A stretch of DNA of 64,000 nucleotides from Syntrophales bacterium (GTDB lineage Bacteria; Desulfobacterota; Syntrophia; Syntrophales; UBA2210). Positions 9,678 to 19,978 of the stretch are shown piece after piece. The translations under genes and the position numbers were made by a program. The notes beneath the pieces are model-generated. The model searched no databases, had not been told where the DNA came from, and saw nothing but the letters and a program-made list of their open reading frames with translations. Each line of letters begins with the position of its first letter. Positions within the stretch are counted from its first letter, which is position 1. Where the stretch lies: NCBI GenBank assembly GCA_963666365.2, contig CAXXNF010000002.1, positions 1,632,001 to 1,696,000 on the forward strand. Reading direction: 5' to 3'.

Positions 9678-10185
9678 GATATTGTCAACTATTTTGTGTG
9701 AAATTTATTTCTGCCAATTTTTTTAATGACGTCAGGTCCTCAGGCACCTTGCAACTGGGATTTGATCTCCAATGGACTTCCATCTTCAAACATACAAACG
9801 TAAGGAGCATATAGCAGGACCGTTCGCCGGCAAAGATCTCCATCGGCTTTGTCCTGCGTTTACACTCTTTGTTGACCCCTTCGATGACATTGGTCGTACG
9901 CAGGCATAACCATTTATCTTCCGGGAATTGTAAATAGGTGAGGCATGATTCCAACAAGTTTTCGAGACATTTTACCACAGATGGAATCTCTTGTTCCCAG
10001 GTATCCTTAAACTGTTCAAAGAATTCAAGGGCTTTTGCCTTTCAGGATACGTAAAACATGGAACGAACTTCATCCCCAATTTGCTCTTTCAGTTTTTTCG
10101 GAACCTTTGCCAATATGTTCCGCGCCACGTGGACCTGGCACTGCTGGGTCTTGGCTTTCGGAAACTCCTCTTTATGGATGATTTC
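9678..10185 (-). pseudogene. IS256-family transposase 3' remnant with right end
   Basis: QQCQVHVARN and LRTTNVIEGVNKECKRRTK motifs, internal stop, end TTTCACACAAAATAGTTGACA. Confidence 0.85.
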
Positions 10186-10863
10186 CCTGTACCCAGAAGA
10201 ACGTCCATCGCCCGGTAGAGATGCTGAAGATCAATCGGTTCAGGATTTCCCAAAGCAACATCTTCTCGGATCCAATCCTCAACACCGCCTTTGGAGTCGG
10301 GCGCCAAAGCCCGATTGGCCGTCATGGAAAGGCCGCCCACTCCACCGGCAACGTAAAGGACCTTCCCTTCAGACAATCTTTCAGAACCGCATGAAGGCTC
10401 AACCTCTCCCATAGTGAACGCAGAAGGTAGGCGCCGCCCTTCGGCACGCTTTTGAGGAAGGTCTGTGGAACGGTTTCCCCTTAGGAGATAGCCCGCGTCT
10501 GAATGGCCACTTCCGAGGAGAAAAAACGGCAAAGGCTTCGGGGCAATCTCTTGATTGCCGTCACATCCAGATCATCGGATCGGCCAAAGGTGTGTAGAAC
10601 GTTTGCCTTGGGCTGACCCGACTTGGAATCGCGGACATTGTGGGTGAGCTGAACGTAGGTCACGGTGGAGCCGTCTTTGTTTTTCCGGGACATCGTTCTT
10701 ACGTACATGTCTACTCCAATAACGTGCACGACCAGCGCCTTCAAGTAATAAAATCATATTCGCATCCCTACTCGTTTTTCGGTTTTTCGGATGTCAGACC
10801 AATGAATTTCAATAACTTGCGACGCCCAAAAGGCTAAAATATATTTACAATTGTCGAACCCGG
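10186..10863 (-). pseudogene. IS1634-family transposase 5' remnant (frameshifted)
   Basis: MYVRTMSRKNKDGSTVTYVQLTHNVRD... and LQHLYRAMD motifs; putative left end CCCGGGTTCGACA. Confidence 0.75.
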
Positions 10864-11114
10864 GAGGCCGTTCTTCTCCCGTGCAGAGAGCGGCCTTTTT
10901 TTCATCTCGGCAGACCGCAGGCGCGATGACGCAATGTAACCCGCACCCGAGTGACAATCGATATTTCACTATAAAAAAAAGTTCTCCTACCGCTATCAAT
11001 GTATAATCTGGCATGATGTACTTTTATACATTCAAAAAAGATAATGCCTGTACAAGATAATGCTTGACTTTCAAACTCGGTAAAGGCACGGTAACCGAAT
11101 AGTGGTGGGGCCTT

Positions 11115-11261
11115 GGAATCTTTGCAGAATCGCACAAAATCATGAATTTTGTCATACCGGCAGATCCGGGATCAAGGCCGCAAGGCATCTAGTGTTTTCA
11201 GTTGCTTTCGGGTTTCTTGTTACTCCGGAATTGACGGAAAAGGAATCCAGGCAACGGTCTC
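11115..11261. mobile_element. Degenerate copy of the MITE at 63539-63671
   Basis: Colinear similarity: CTTTGCAGAA...GTCATACCGGC...CCGGAAT(T)GAC.GAAAAGG...GCAACGGTCTC. Confidence 0.65.
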
Positions 11262-11342
11262 TCTGTGATGCCTGTTCTTTCACGTGTCTATTTTCTTTTG
11301 GCTGCCTTTCAGCCATTTTTCCTGTAAAGGTAAGGGATATCG

Positions 11343-11732
11343 ATGAGTTCCAAAGAAGAAACACCACGTGACAACAAAAAAATCCACAAAAATAGAATCA
11401 AAGGGCTGCCGATTCTGAAAACCGCCGAAAGCATTTTCGCGGAAAAGGGCTTTTACGAGGCAATCATCGCCGACATCGCACGAGAGGCTCATGTTTCAGA
11501 AGCAACGATGTATGAGTGTTTCGGTTCAAAGAAGGATCTGCTTTTTTCCATTCCTGCGGAAGCAATCAGTCAATCTCATCAGAAAAGCAAGGAGATACTC
11601 GAATACCTCGTTGGATCGGCACACAAGCTTTCGACACTGATCTGCCGTCACCTGCGCATCTATATGGACAATCCCGACTGCGCCAATGTATTTTCATTAA
11701 AGATCGAGCATATACAAAAAACGACACCCTAA
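11343..11732 (+). pseudogene. TetR/AcrR regulator, C-terminally truncated
   Basis: TetR HTH (FAEKGF...IADIAREAHVSEATMY..FGSKKDL); only 129 aa. Confidence 0.7.
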
Positions 11733-11849
11733 AGTGACGTTCTATCTGAAGGGTGGAGGGAGGTGATAGCTTTACATAAGCAATCCGAAAGACTCGACGA
11801 CATCTATAACAAACCGTAAACGGGAACACTTACTCTAAGGAGGGATATC

Positions 11850-13073
11850 ATGAAACAAACCGCACGCTATGCAGTTGTTGTTATGTCAGTATGTGCCTTG
11901 ACGGTTTTCGGAATGGGGTTCTTGGGGGGCGCCCTTTCCACCGCATCGGCAGACACCATTCATATCGGCTTTTCCGGTCCCCTGAGCGGCGGCGCCGCCA
12001 AGTACGGGAACAACTGCCTGACAGGGCTCAAGATTGCCGTCGAGGATGTCAACAAAAAAGGGGGCATCACGGTGGGCGGCAAGAAATACGACCTCGAGCT
12101 GACCGCCTACGACGACATGTACAAACCGGCCAATACCATCGCCAATGTACGAAGGATGATATCGAAAAATAAGCCCATCGCCGTATATTGCCCGCACTCG
12201 GGCGGCATTCTGGCACTTGAAAAAATTAATGAGAAAGAAGGTTTCATTATCAGCGGGTACACCACCAATATTGCCATCATCAGCCAGGGAAACAAGCTCG
12301 TCTTTTCCGTCCCCGCCCGCGGGGATTTGGCCTATGGAGTCGAGCTGGTAAAGAGGGCAAGAGATTTCGGCTCAAAACTCGCCCACTTGACAGGCACCCA
12401 CGAAGCCGGGGTTGCCTGGACCAAAATCGCCGACGAGGCATGGAAGAAGAACGGCGGAGAGGTGATCGCAAAGGATTCGGTCAATTATATGGGTGTGACC
12501 GACTTTTATCCTTACCTCACCAAAATTCTTAATGAAAAACCGGATGTCATCAATCTGTACGGGCCATCCGAACCGACGGCCATGATTGTCAACCAGGCCC
12601 GCGAGCTTGGGTTCAAGGGTGGGTTCCTTCTGGGAGATCAGATCAAACTGGATGAAATGGCGAAATTTGCTAGCATGGAAAACCTCAACAATTCCATAGG
12701 AGTGTGTCCCTTTGACATGCGGCCGCTCCCCCTCGCCCAGGCCTTCGGCACCCGCCTGAAAAAACTCTACGGCGAGGATTATGTCCCCACCTACGAGTCC
12801 GCCGCTCATTATGAAGTCGTCTGGCTTATTGTGAAGGCCATTGAAAAGGCCCAGAACAAAGATGATCCTTATAAAATTTTTGCCGAAATTCAGAATGTGC
12901 TGCCTGTCGGCGAGTACGCCACGACCATGCGGGACGGCATCGGCCCCCACGGAGAACTGCTCGGCGTCACCTTTGGTATGGCGGTGAAAAACAACAAGTT
13001 TACCGAACCGATCGCTCTGATCTGGGGCAAGGAATTCTATCCTCCGGGAAAAACATCGGCCTGGAAAGAGTAA
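11850..13073 (+). CDS. Branched-chain amino acid-type ABC substrate-binding protein
   Basis: Signal peptide, IGFSGPLSGGAA, LivJ-like fold motifs. Confidence 0.9.
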   Translation: MKQTARYAVVVMSVCALTVFGMGFLGGALSTASADTIHIGFSGPLSGGAAKYGNNCLTGLKIAVEDVNKKGGITVGGKKYDLELTAYDDMYKPANTIANVRRMISKNKPIAVYCPHSGGILALEKINEKEGFIISGYTTNIAIISQGNKLVFSVPARGDLAYGVELVKRARDFGSKLAHLTGTHEAGVAWTKIADEAWKKNGGEVIAKDSVNYMGVTDFYPYLTKILNEKPDVINLYGPSEPTAMIVNQARELGFKGGFLLGDQIKLDEMAKFASMENLNNSIGVCPFDMRPLPLAQAFGTRLKKLYGEDYVPTYESAAHYEVVWLIVKAIEKAQNKDDPYKIFAEIQNVLPVGEYATTMRDGIGPHGELLGVTFGMAVKNNKFTEPIALIWGKEFYPPGKTSAWKE

Positions 13074-13313
13074 CATTACGCAACATTACCGGGAATTTTT
13101 ACACAGATACCCGGGGGACTCGATAGAGCATGACACATATCGAGACGATGATCACACTGCGCCGGTTATCGTCTCGATATGACGCTCGCGATCTCACGGC
13201 ATCTTCAAATACTCCATTCAGCAGAGTGAAACAAAGAGGCCTTCAAGAGTCGGGACAGGAGGTCCGGAAAAGAGAACGGAGCAGTTCCTGAAGAAAAATG
13301 GAGGAGTCTAATC

Positions 13314-14177
13314 GTGTCGCTATTCATGCAACAAATTTTAAACGGAATCATGGTTGGCAGCATCTACTCCCTGGTGGCCCTCGGTTTGACCCTGGAATAC
13401 GGCATACTCAACATCCCTAATTTTGCCCACGGGGTTCTCTATACCGTGGGGGCCTACATCGCCTTTCTCTGCGTTATGTCATTGGGATTTAATTACTGGA
13501 TAGCCATACTCTGCGCCATGGCCGTCCTCGCAGTTATCGGGATCATCATGCATCGCCTGGTATATCATCCCCTTGTCAAAGCGCCTCACTTGAATTCCTT
13601 CATTGCCGCCATTGGACTGATTTTCATGTTCAAAGCGGGAATGCTGATTATCTGGGGATCCGATTTCAAGAGGTTCTCCAATATCAACGAAGGCGTATTC
13701 AACATTGCAGGCACCATCATCACCACGCAACGCATCGTTATCGTCGTGGTGGCGGTGGCGCTTATCGTTCTGCTCAATCTGTTCATCAAAAAAACAATGA
13801 TGGGCGCCACGATAGAGGCTCTTGCCCAGGATCGCGAAGGCGCCCTGCTTGTGGGAATCAACGTAAACCGGGTCGAAACAATGGTATTCGCCGTAGGGTC
13901 GGCCCTGGCGGCGGTCGCCGCGGCCCTGATCGCTCCCATATTTCTTGTCTACAATACAATGGGCGACGCAGTTATATTAAAGGCCTTTGTCATTATTATT
14001 CTGGGAGGCATGGGGAGCATCCCCGGGGCAATCATCGGCGGATACATGATCGGTCTGGTGGAAAGCCTCGGCGGCGCTTACGTAAGCACCGATTTCAATG
14101 AAATCATCGCCTTCGGCATTCTGATTGCCGTGCTTGCCTTCAAACCTACCGGACTGTTCGGAGCGAGGTCACACTGA
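13314..14177 (+). CDS. livH: ABC permease, LivH type
   Basis: NFAHG, ILGGMGSIPGA. Confidence 0.9.
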   Translation: MSLFMQQILNGIMVGSIYSLVALGLTLEYGILNIPNFAHGVLYTVGAYIAFLCVMSLGFNYWIAILCAMAVLAVIGIIMHRLVYHPLVKAPHLNSFIAAIGLIFMFKAGMLIIWGSDFKRFSNINEGVFNIAGTIITTQRIVIVVVAVALIVLLNLFIKKTMMGATIEALAQDREGALLVGINVNRVETMVFAVGSALAAVAAALIAPIFLVYNTMGDAVILKAFVIIILGGMGSIPGAIIGGYMIGLVESLGGAYVSTDFNEIIAFGILIAVLAFKPTGLFGARSH

Positions 14178-15157
14178 TGAATATGCGAGAAAACATACAT
14201 TCAATAAAATGGTGGCTCTATGTCCTCCTCCTTGCGGCTTCATTGGCGCTGCCGCTTGTAGTGAAGGACAGGTATATTCTTCATATAGTCATTCTCATCT
14301 GCATCTGGGGAATCTCGGCGCAGTCCATGAATCTCATCATGGGCTACACCGGGCAGGCCAATCTGGCCCTGGGGGGGTTTTTCGGGATAGGGGCCTATGC
14401 CACTGCCCTCCTCATGCTCAAGGTGGGGATAAACTTCTGGCCCGCCCTTCTTCTGGGAGCACTGCTTACGGCCCTGATCGGATTTCTGATCGGCCTCCCC
14501 ACACTCAGAACCAAGGGATCCTATTTTGCCATCGGCACACTCTGCTTCAACGTCATCGTCTTTATTGCCGTTGAGCGGTGGGAATCCCTGACGGAGGGCG
14601 CCCGCGGCGTCATGGGCATCCCGGGGCCGTCACCGATTCCCCTCCCCTTCGGGTTTTCCCTTTCTTTTGAGTCACTCCCGGCGATGTACTTTCTGGTCCT
14701 TGCCTTTCTGCTGTTAACAATTCTCGTTATATACCGCGTCGTCCGCTCGCTCGTGGGAAGAAGCCTTATGGCGGTAAGAGAAAATGAGGATCTGTCAAAC
14801 TCGATCGGGATCAATACAATGAAAGCGAAATTGCTGGCCTTCGTACTCAGCACCTTTCTTGTGGGTATCGCCGGAGGATTGTATGCCGTCTACATCGGCT
14901 TTCTTGATCCGGAAATCACCAGCCATCATGTAACCTTCGAAGTGCTCCTCTTTGTCGTACTCGGAGGAATCGGCACTATATGGGGGCCACTGGTCGGTGC
15001 GATCGTGATCACCATTCTCGGCGAATTGCTCCACTATCTCGATGCCTACCGCCTGGTCGTCTACGGTCTGATGCTGGTGCTGTTTATCATATTTCTTCCT
15101 GAGGGAATCGTAGGCGGACTGCGCAATTTGTGGGCAAAGGCAACCCAGAAAGCATAG
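14177..15157 (+). CDS. livM: ABC permease, LivM type
   Basis: GYTGQ, LRTKGSYFAIGTL, VLGGIGTIWGP. Confidence 0.9.
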   Translation: MNMRENIHSIKWWLYVLLLAASLALPLVVKDRYILHIVILICIWGISAQSMNLIMGYTGQANLALGGFFGIGAYATALLMLKVGINFWPALLLGALLTALIGFLIGLPTLRTKGSYFAIGTLCFNVIVFIAVERWESLTEGARGVMGIPGPSPIPLPFGFSLSFESLPAMYFLVLAFLLLTILVIYRVVRSLVGRSLMAVRENEDLSNSIGINTMKAKLLAFVLSTFLVGIAGGLYAVYIGFLDPEITSHHVTFEVLLFVVLGGIGTIWGPLVGAIVITILGELLHYLDAYRLVVYGLMLVLFIIFLPEGIVGGLRNLWAKATQKA

Positions 15158-15170
15158 ATGAGGAGCAGCC

Positions 15171-15932
15171 ATGTTAGAAACACGACAGGTATCTAAATAT
15201 TTTGGTGGACTGGCGGCGGTCAGCGATATGAGTTTTTCCATCGAGCGGGGTCAGATTGTCAGTGTGATCGGCCCGAACGGCTCCGGAAAGACAACCCTTT
15301 TCAACCTTATCACGGGGGTGCATCAACCGACGGGCGGCAAAATTTTTGCCGGCGGAAAAGAAATTACCCATCTGAAACCCTTTCAGATCGCCCAACGGGG
15401 AATTGCACGCACCTTCCAGCACACAACGGTATATTCACAAAAAACGGTCCTGGACAACCTGATCATCGGGTACCGTCTCAGGACCAGGTCGGGACTTATG
15501 GGCGTTCTTTTCGGAACTGCACGCGCACAGAAAGAAGAACGTGAAAGTGTCCACAACGCCCGTGAAGTCGCCGCATTTATAGGCCTCGAAGCAAAACTGG
15601 AGAAAGTGGCAGACCTCCTGACCCAGGAAGAACAAAAACGACTTGCCATCGGTCTCGCCCTCGCCACCCGGCCGCAATTGCTCCTGCTCGACGAACCGAC
15701 GGGGGGCGTTACGGATCAGGAAATCGGCGCGCTGATGGACTTGATCGGCAGAATCAAGGATTCGGGTATCACGTTGTGCCTTATTGAGCATAAAATGCGG
15801 GTGGTGATGAGCATCTCCGATCGGGTGGTGGTGCTCAATTACGGCAAGAAAATCGCCGAAGGCACACCCGATGAAGTGAGTAGGAACCGGGAGGTTATCG
15901 AAGCCTATCTTGGGGAGGGATACCATGCTTAA
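15171..15932 (+). CDS. livG: ABC ATP-binding protein, LivG type
   Basis: GPNGSGKTT, LLLDEP, IEHKM, EAYLG. Confidence 0.92.
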   Translation: MLETRQVSKYFGGLAAVSDMSFSIERGQIVSVIGPNGSGKTTLFNLITGVHQPTGGKIFAGGKEITHLKPFQIAQRGIARTFQHTTVYSQKTVLDNLIIGYRLRTRSGLMGVLFGTARAQKEERESVHNAREVAAFIGLEAKLEKVADLLTQEEQKRLAIGLALATRPQLLLLDEPTGGVTDQEIGALMDLIGRIKDSGITLCLIEHKMRVVMSISDRVVVLNYGKKIAEGTPDEVSRNREVIEAYLGEGYHA

Positions 15933-16632
15933 GATCAGAGACGTCAATGTATTTTACGGCAATGCTCAGGCGCTGAAAGATGTGTCAATCGAAGTGAATG
16001 ACAAAGAAGTGGTGGCGATTCTGGGCGCCAACGGCGTAGGTAAAAGCACTCTTCTCAAGGCCATTTCCGGATTGGTGCGCCCCGCGTCGGGACGCATCGA
16101 ATTTCAAAGCAGGGAAATCAATCATCTCAGCCCGAATCAGATCGTTACCCTCGGCATCTCACAATGTCCCGAGGGGAGAAAACTCTTTCCGGAAATGTCG
16201 GTGTATAAAAATCTGATGCTTGGAGGGTACGTCTTCAGAAGGGACAAAAAAAAGATAGCCGAGATCATGACCACGATATTTGATCTTTTCCCTATATTGT
16301 ACGACCGGAAAGAACAGACGGCGGGCACGCTCTCAGGCGGCGAGCAACAGATGCTGGCCATCGGTCGCGCCTTGATGCCCAATCCCCTGCTTTTGCTTCT
16401 GGACGAAACATCACTTGGACTCGCACCTATTATGGTGGAACACCTTTTCACGGCGATAAAAAATATAAATGAACGGGGAATTACCGTTCTTCTGGTCGAA
16501 CAAAACGCTGCGAAGGCTCTGGAAGTGTCACAAAGAGTCTACGTGCTCGAATCGGGAAGCGTCGTCATATCCGATTCCAGCGACAACCTTCTGAATGATC
16601 CCAAAATCAAGGAGGCCTATCTGGGCATTTAA
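15925..16632 (+). CDS. livF: ABC ATP-binding protein, LivF type
   Basis: GANGVGKST, LSGGEQQMLAIGRAL, LVEQN. Confidence 0.92.
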   Translation: MLKIRDVNVFYGNAQALKDVSIEVNDKEVVAILGANGVGKSTLLKAISGLVRPASGRIEFQSREINHLSPNQIVTLGISQCPEGRKLFPEMSVYKNLMLGGYVFRRDKKKIAEIMTTIFDLFPILYDRKEQTAGTLSGGEQQMLAIGRALMPNPLLLLLDETSLGLAPIMVEHLFTAIKNINERGITVLLVEQNAAKALEVSQRVYVLESGSVVISDSSDNLLNDPKIKEAYLGI

Positions 16633-16705
16633 AAAGGACATTCTCTGTAACCGGGATATTGCACAGGCACGGCAGTGAAGGCCGTGCCTGTCTGTGAGGA
16701 ACGCA

Positions 16706-17203
16706 TTACCCTTTATAGCCACGTTTCCCCCGCCTGCCTGCGGCAGCATTGTCCACCTCATCCTGCCATCCGTTTTTTGAGGTGACGATGTAATCGAATT
16801 TTGCGGTATAAGGCTTGATATCGATAAGCGGCGTACCATCCAATATATCCACGCCGTCGCAGTAAAGTTCGTTCCCTTCACAGTGTATCAGTTCCACGAT
16901 GCTCAGCCCGATACTGTTCGGCCGACAGGGCGCCCGCGTCGAAAACACCCCACGCACAACGTCCTGCAGGAAAGGCTTCACCAGCAACTTCACCGCTCCT
17001 CTCCTGTGAAACTGATAGAGAAGAAATATGTGGGAGAAACCTTCCAGATCGCGCAAACCTTCCACATACTCCGGAAAAACCTCAACCCTGCCCCTACACC
17101 CCCGGGCGTATACCGGCTGTATCGGCGTTTCTTCCGCTGCCGTATGCTCACTGTGGATCACACCGATAGGCCGGTACACTATGGGGTCACTCATAGCCGC
17201 CAT
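16706..17203 (-). CDS. tsaA: TsaA/TrmO family SAM-binding protein (tRNA m6t6A methyltransferase-like)
   Basis: GVFSTRAPCRPNSIGLS, DGTPLIDIKPY. Confidence 0.88.
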   Translation of the reverse strand: MAAMSDPIVYRPIGVIHSEHTAAEETPIQPVYARGCRGRVEVFPEYVEGLRDLEGFSHIFLLYQFHRRGAVKLLVKPFLQDVVRGVFSTRAPCRPNSIGLSIVELIHCEGNELYCDGVDILDGTPLIDIKPYTAKFDYIVTSKNGWQDEVDNAAAGRRGKRGYKG

Positions 17204-17220
17204 TCCCTTGCCGCATTTCG

Positions 17221-17616
17221 CTAGTCCTCCGAAGCGCCGGTTTCAAGCTCATCAAGACGCTTTCTGATCGAATCCAACTCCGACTGCAACACCTCGGCTT
17301 GACCTTTCAACGCCTGTTTCTCCATCTCCGGGGCGGGCGCACGCGAAGCTCCTTCCGGTCCGTAATAGGGCGCATCATATGCACCGAACGCTCCCCACCA
17401 TCCCGGTCGACCCGTGGCGTAGAACCGGTGACGCCATCCACGACCACCGCCAAAGCCGCTGCCCCAGAAGCCCCGACCCCAGCCGGCGCCTCTTCCGAAA
17501 CCACGTCCCGGCACTGCACTCATGAATCCGGGCGCTCCAAAACCCGCACAATAACCGGCTCCCCGTCCTGTCATCGGACCCATTCCTGCGGGTCCCGTTC
17601 TATCTCCTCTAGGCAT
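17221..17616 (-). CDS. DUF5320-type Gly/Arg-rich protein
   Basis: MPRGDRTGPAGMGPMTGRGAGYC, C-terminal coiled coil. Confidence 0.8.
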   Translation of the reverse strand: MPRGDRTGPAGMGPMTGRGAGYCAGFGAPGFMSAVPGRGFGRGAGWGRGFWGSGFGGGRGWRHRFYATGRPGWWGAFGAYDAPYYGPEGASRAPAPEMEKQALKGQAEVLQSELDSIRKRLDELETGASED

Positions 17617-17634
17617 ACTCACACCTCCTTGTTG

Positions 17635-18240
17635 TTATTCTCTTACCATCGTGGTCCCACACTGGGGACACCCGCGTTCCACACAGGGGACACCCCGCGC
17701 ATGCGGTTCCCTGTGTCCGCACTGAGGACACAGGCAATATCCTGACGGCCCCGCTCCGGCAGCGCCCCCCATACGTCCGGGCCCTCTGCCGCCGCGACCC
17801 TGACCGCGACCCCCTCCGGACCCGCCTGTTCCACTTCTTCTACCATTCATTTTCCATTCCTCCTGATACATCCCTTGCATACCTCGACCGCCTCTTCGCC
17901 GCCCCGCGATGCATCCCGGCATGGCAAAGGCGTTCCCCCGCAGTTTCCCTTGCAACCAGGCCTGCATCACCTGGCCCACATCACCTGCAATAAACGGCAC
18001 TACCTGTATACCATAGGCCGTAACCATCTCATGCACCGGACGGGAAATAGCACCGCATACCAGCACTCCCACACCCAGTTCCGCCAAGCGAAGCGCTTTC
18101 TGAACCGGAAGATCGTCCAGAAGCATCTCCTGACGCTCACTGATGACATGCCCCGAATCAACTTCAATGACCAGTACATGCTTGGCAACATCAAAGACCG
18201 GGGCAATGCGGTTTTCCCATCGGGCAAAGGCGGCTCTCAC
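17635..18240 (-). CDS. NifB/NifX-family cluster-binding protein fused to a Gly-rich linker and Zn-ribbon
   Basis: RIAPVFD, LVCGAIS; C-terminal CLCPQCG...C...CPQCG. Confidence 0.8.
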   Translation of the reverse strand: MRAAFARWENRIAPVFDVAKHVLVIEVDSGHVISERQEMLLDDLPVQKALRLAELGVGVLVCGAISRPVHEMVTAYGIQVVPFIAGDVGQVMQAWLQGKLRGNAFAMPGCIAGRRRGGRGMQGMYQEEWKMNGRRSGTGGSGGGRGQGRGGRGPGRMGGAAGAGPSGYCLCPQCGHREPHARGVPCVERGCPQCGTTMVRE

Positions 18241-18278
18241 GTGCGCATGTCCTTTATATGTGTTCTGACTTTATGAAA

Positions 18279-18294
18279 AGCAATAGACGTGCCA
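18279..18294 (-). promoter_or_regulatory. Sigma-54 promoter
   Basis: Perfect TGGCAC-GTCTA-TTGCT. Confidence 0.9.
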
Positions 18295-18379
18295 TACCAT
18301 TCACTCATCGAGACAAGAATATAATAAATTGATATCACTATATTTATCAGCATATAATGCAATGCCGAATAATTAGAAA

Positions 18380-18397
18380 AGTCGCATATAAGCGACT
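18380..18397. promoter_or_regulatory. Candidate upstream activator sequence
   Basis: AGTCGC-ATATAA-GCGACT palindrome about 90 bp upstream of the -24 box. Confidence 0.55.
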
Positions 18398-18419
18398 CAA
18401 TACACTGATTTTGAGTGCA

Positions 18420-19829
18420 TTATTGCTTCTTTTTTCCTGATTTTGAGGAACGGCCGTCTTGACGGGGAGGAACAATTCCCAGTTTTTTTATCTTTCTGAA
18501 AAGCGTCGATTTATGAATGCCCAGCTCTTTTGCTGCAGCCAGACGGTTAGACTGATGCCGTTCCAGCGCAGCTCTAATAACCTGCGCATCGAGAAGGTCA
18601 TGGGCGGACCGCACGTCCGAACGAGCACCGGCGGAAACACCTTGCAGCGTCAATTCCTCAGGCAGATGATGCAGTCCGACAAACCCATCCCGGCAGAGAA
18701 TGAATGCCCGTTCTATGACATTCTCAAGCTCTCTGACATTTCCCGGCCAGTCGTGCGCCATGAGGAGCGACAGTGCTTCGGCGTCGATGCCTTGAATGGC
18801 TTTTCGCTGCAGCCGGTTAAATCTGTCTATAAACTGTTCGGCCAGCAGCGGAATGTCTTCCTTTCGCTTTCTCAGGGGTGGCAATTCCACACGCACCACA
18901 TTTATCCGGTAGTAGAGATCTTCCCGAAAGGCGCCCTTGCGCATTTCGGCGGCCAGATCCTTATTGGTGGCCACGATCACCCGCACGTCGGCGGTCTCCG
19001 AACGTGTACTTCCGAGCGGCTCATAGATCCTGTCCTGCAGGACTCGCAGAAGCCGCACCTGAAGGGCCTGGCTCACCTCGCCTATCTCATCGAGGAAAAT
19101 CGTGCCCCCTTTTGCAAGGGAGAATCGTCCCGGCTTATCTTTATTCGCCCCGGTGAAGGCGCCGGCCTTGTAGCCGAACAGTTCCGATTCCAGCAGGGTG
19201 TCCGGCAGCGCGCCACAGTTCACTGCGACAAACGCACCCTTGCGGCGCGGACTCAGGCTGTGAATTGTCCGGGCCATCAGTTCCTTGCCGGTACCGGTGT
19301 CTCCGAGTATCAGCACCGTACTCGGACTGGCGGCAATGGCGGGAAGCACCTCAAAGACTTTCTGCATCAGCGGACTTCTACTCGCGAGATCGCCGACCCT
19401 GAATTTACCCTCCAGCTCACTGCGCAGGGCCTCTACCTCGGAAAGATCTCGGAAAGTCTCTGCGCCGCCGATCATGGCGCCCTCTGCATCTTTCAGCACT
19501 GCCGTGGATACACTGATGGGAATGCGCTTTCCGCCGGCATCGACAATATATCCCGATTTACCCACAACGGGCTTTCCCGTTTTCAGCGTCTGTTGCAGAG
19601 CGCATTGATCGCCGCACATGCTTGAACGAAACACCTCGGAACAGCGCCTGCCGAGCGCTTCTTTCACCGGCACACCGGTAATCTCCTGAGCGGCCCGATT
19701 GAAGGACGTAATATTCCAGTCCGAATCGACCGTAAAGACACCATCGGAAATGCTTTCGAGAATCGCCTCCGTCGGCGAGAATGGCACACTGTTTTTTTTA
19801 TCTTTTTTTGAAACTGTTTTTTTTGACAT
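18420..19829 (-). CDS. PAS-domain sigma-54 activator, OrpR-like
   Basis: PAS with C-X8-C-X3-C, GDTGTGKE, GAFTGA, Fis HTH. Confidence 0.9.
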   Translation of the reverse strand: MSKKTVSKKDKKNSVPFSPTEAILESISDGVFTVDSDWNITSFNRAAQEITGVPVKEALGRRCSEVFRSSMCGDQCALQQTLKTGKPVVGKSGYIVDAGGKRIPISVSTAVLKDAEGAMIGGAETFRDLSEVEALRSELEGKFRVGDLASRSPLMQKVFEVLPAIAASPSTVLILGDTGTGKELMARTIHSLSPRRKGAFVAVNCGALPDTLLESELFGYKAGAFTGANKDKPGRFSLAKGGTIFLDEIGEVSQALQVRLLRVLQDRIYEPLGSTRSETADVRVIVATNKDLAAEMRKGAFREDLYYRINVVRVELPPLRKRKEDIPLLAEQFIDRFNRLQRKAIQGIDAEALSLLMAHDWPGNVRELENVIERAFILCRDGFVGLHHLPEELTLQGVSAGARSDVRSAHDLLDAQVIRAALERHQSNRLAAAKELGIHKSTLFRKIKKLGIVPPRQDGRSSKSGKKKQ

Positions 19830-19978
19830 GAACGCCCCTTAACCGCAACTCCGGCGCGTGGTAGGTCGCACTTCACAGGCACTTTGAAAATCACTGAACT
19901 GTGCATTTTTTACCACAGCGACCGATTCCGCGCAATCTGTTTTCCAAATCGGCTATCGGAGCTCAATAAATGAAAGAC

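Noticed and set aside
13136..13181. Long hairpin between the binding-protein gene and livH as an ncRNA
   Set aside because: Position fits an ordinary mRNA-stabilising or attenuating hairpin; no family features
18459..19625. 388-aa antisense ORF
   Set aside because: Antisense shadow of the sigma-54 activator
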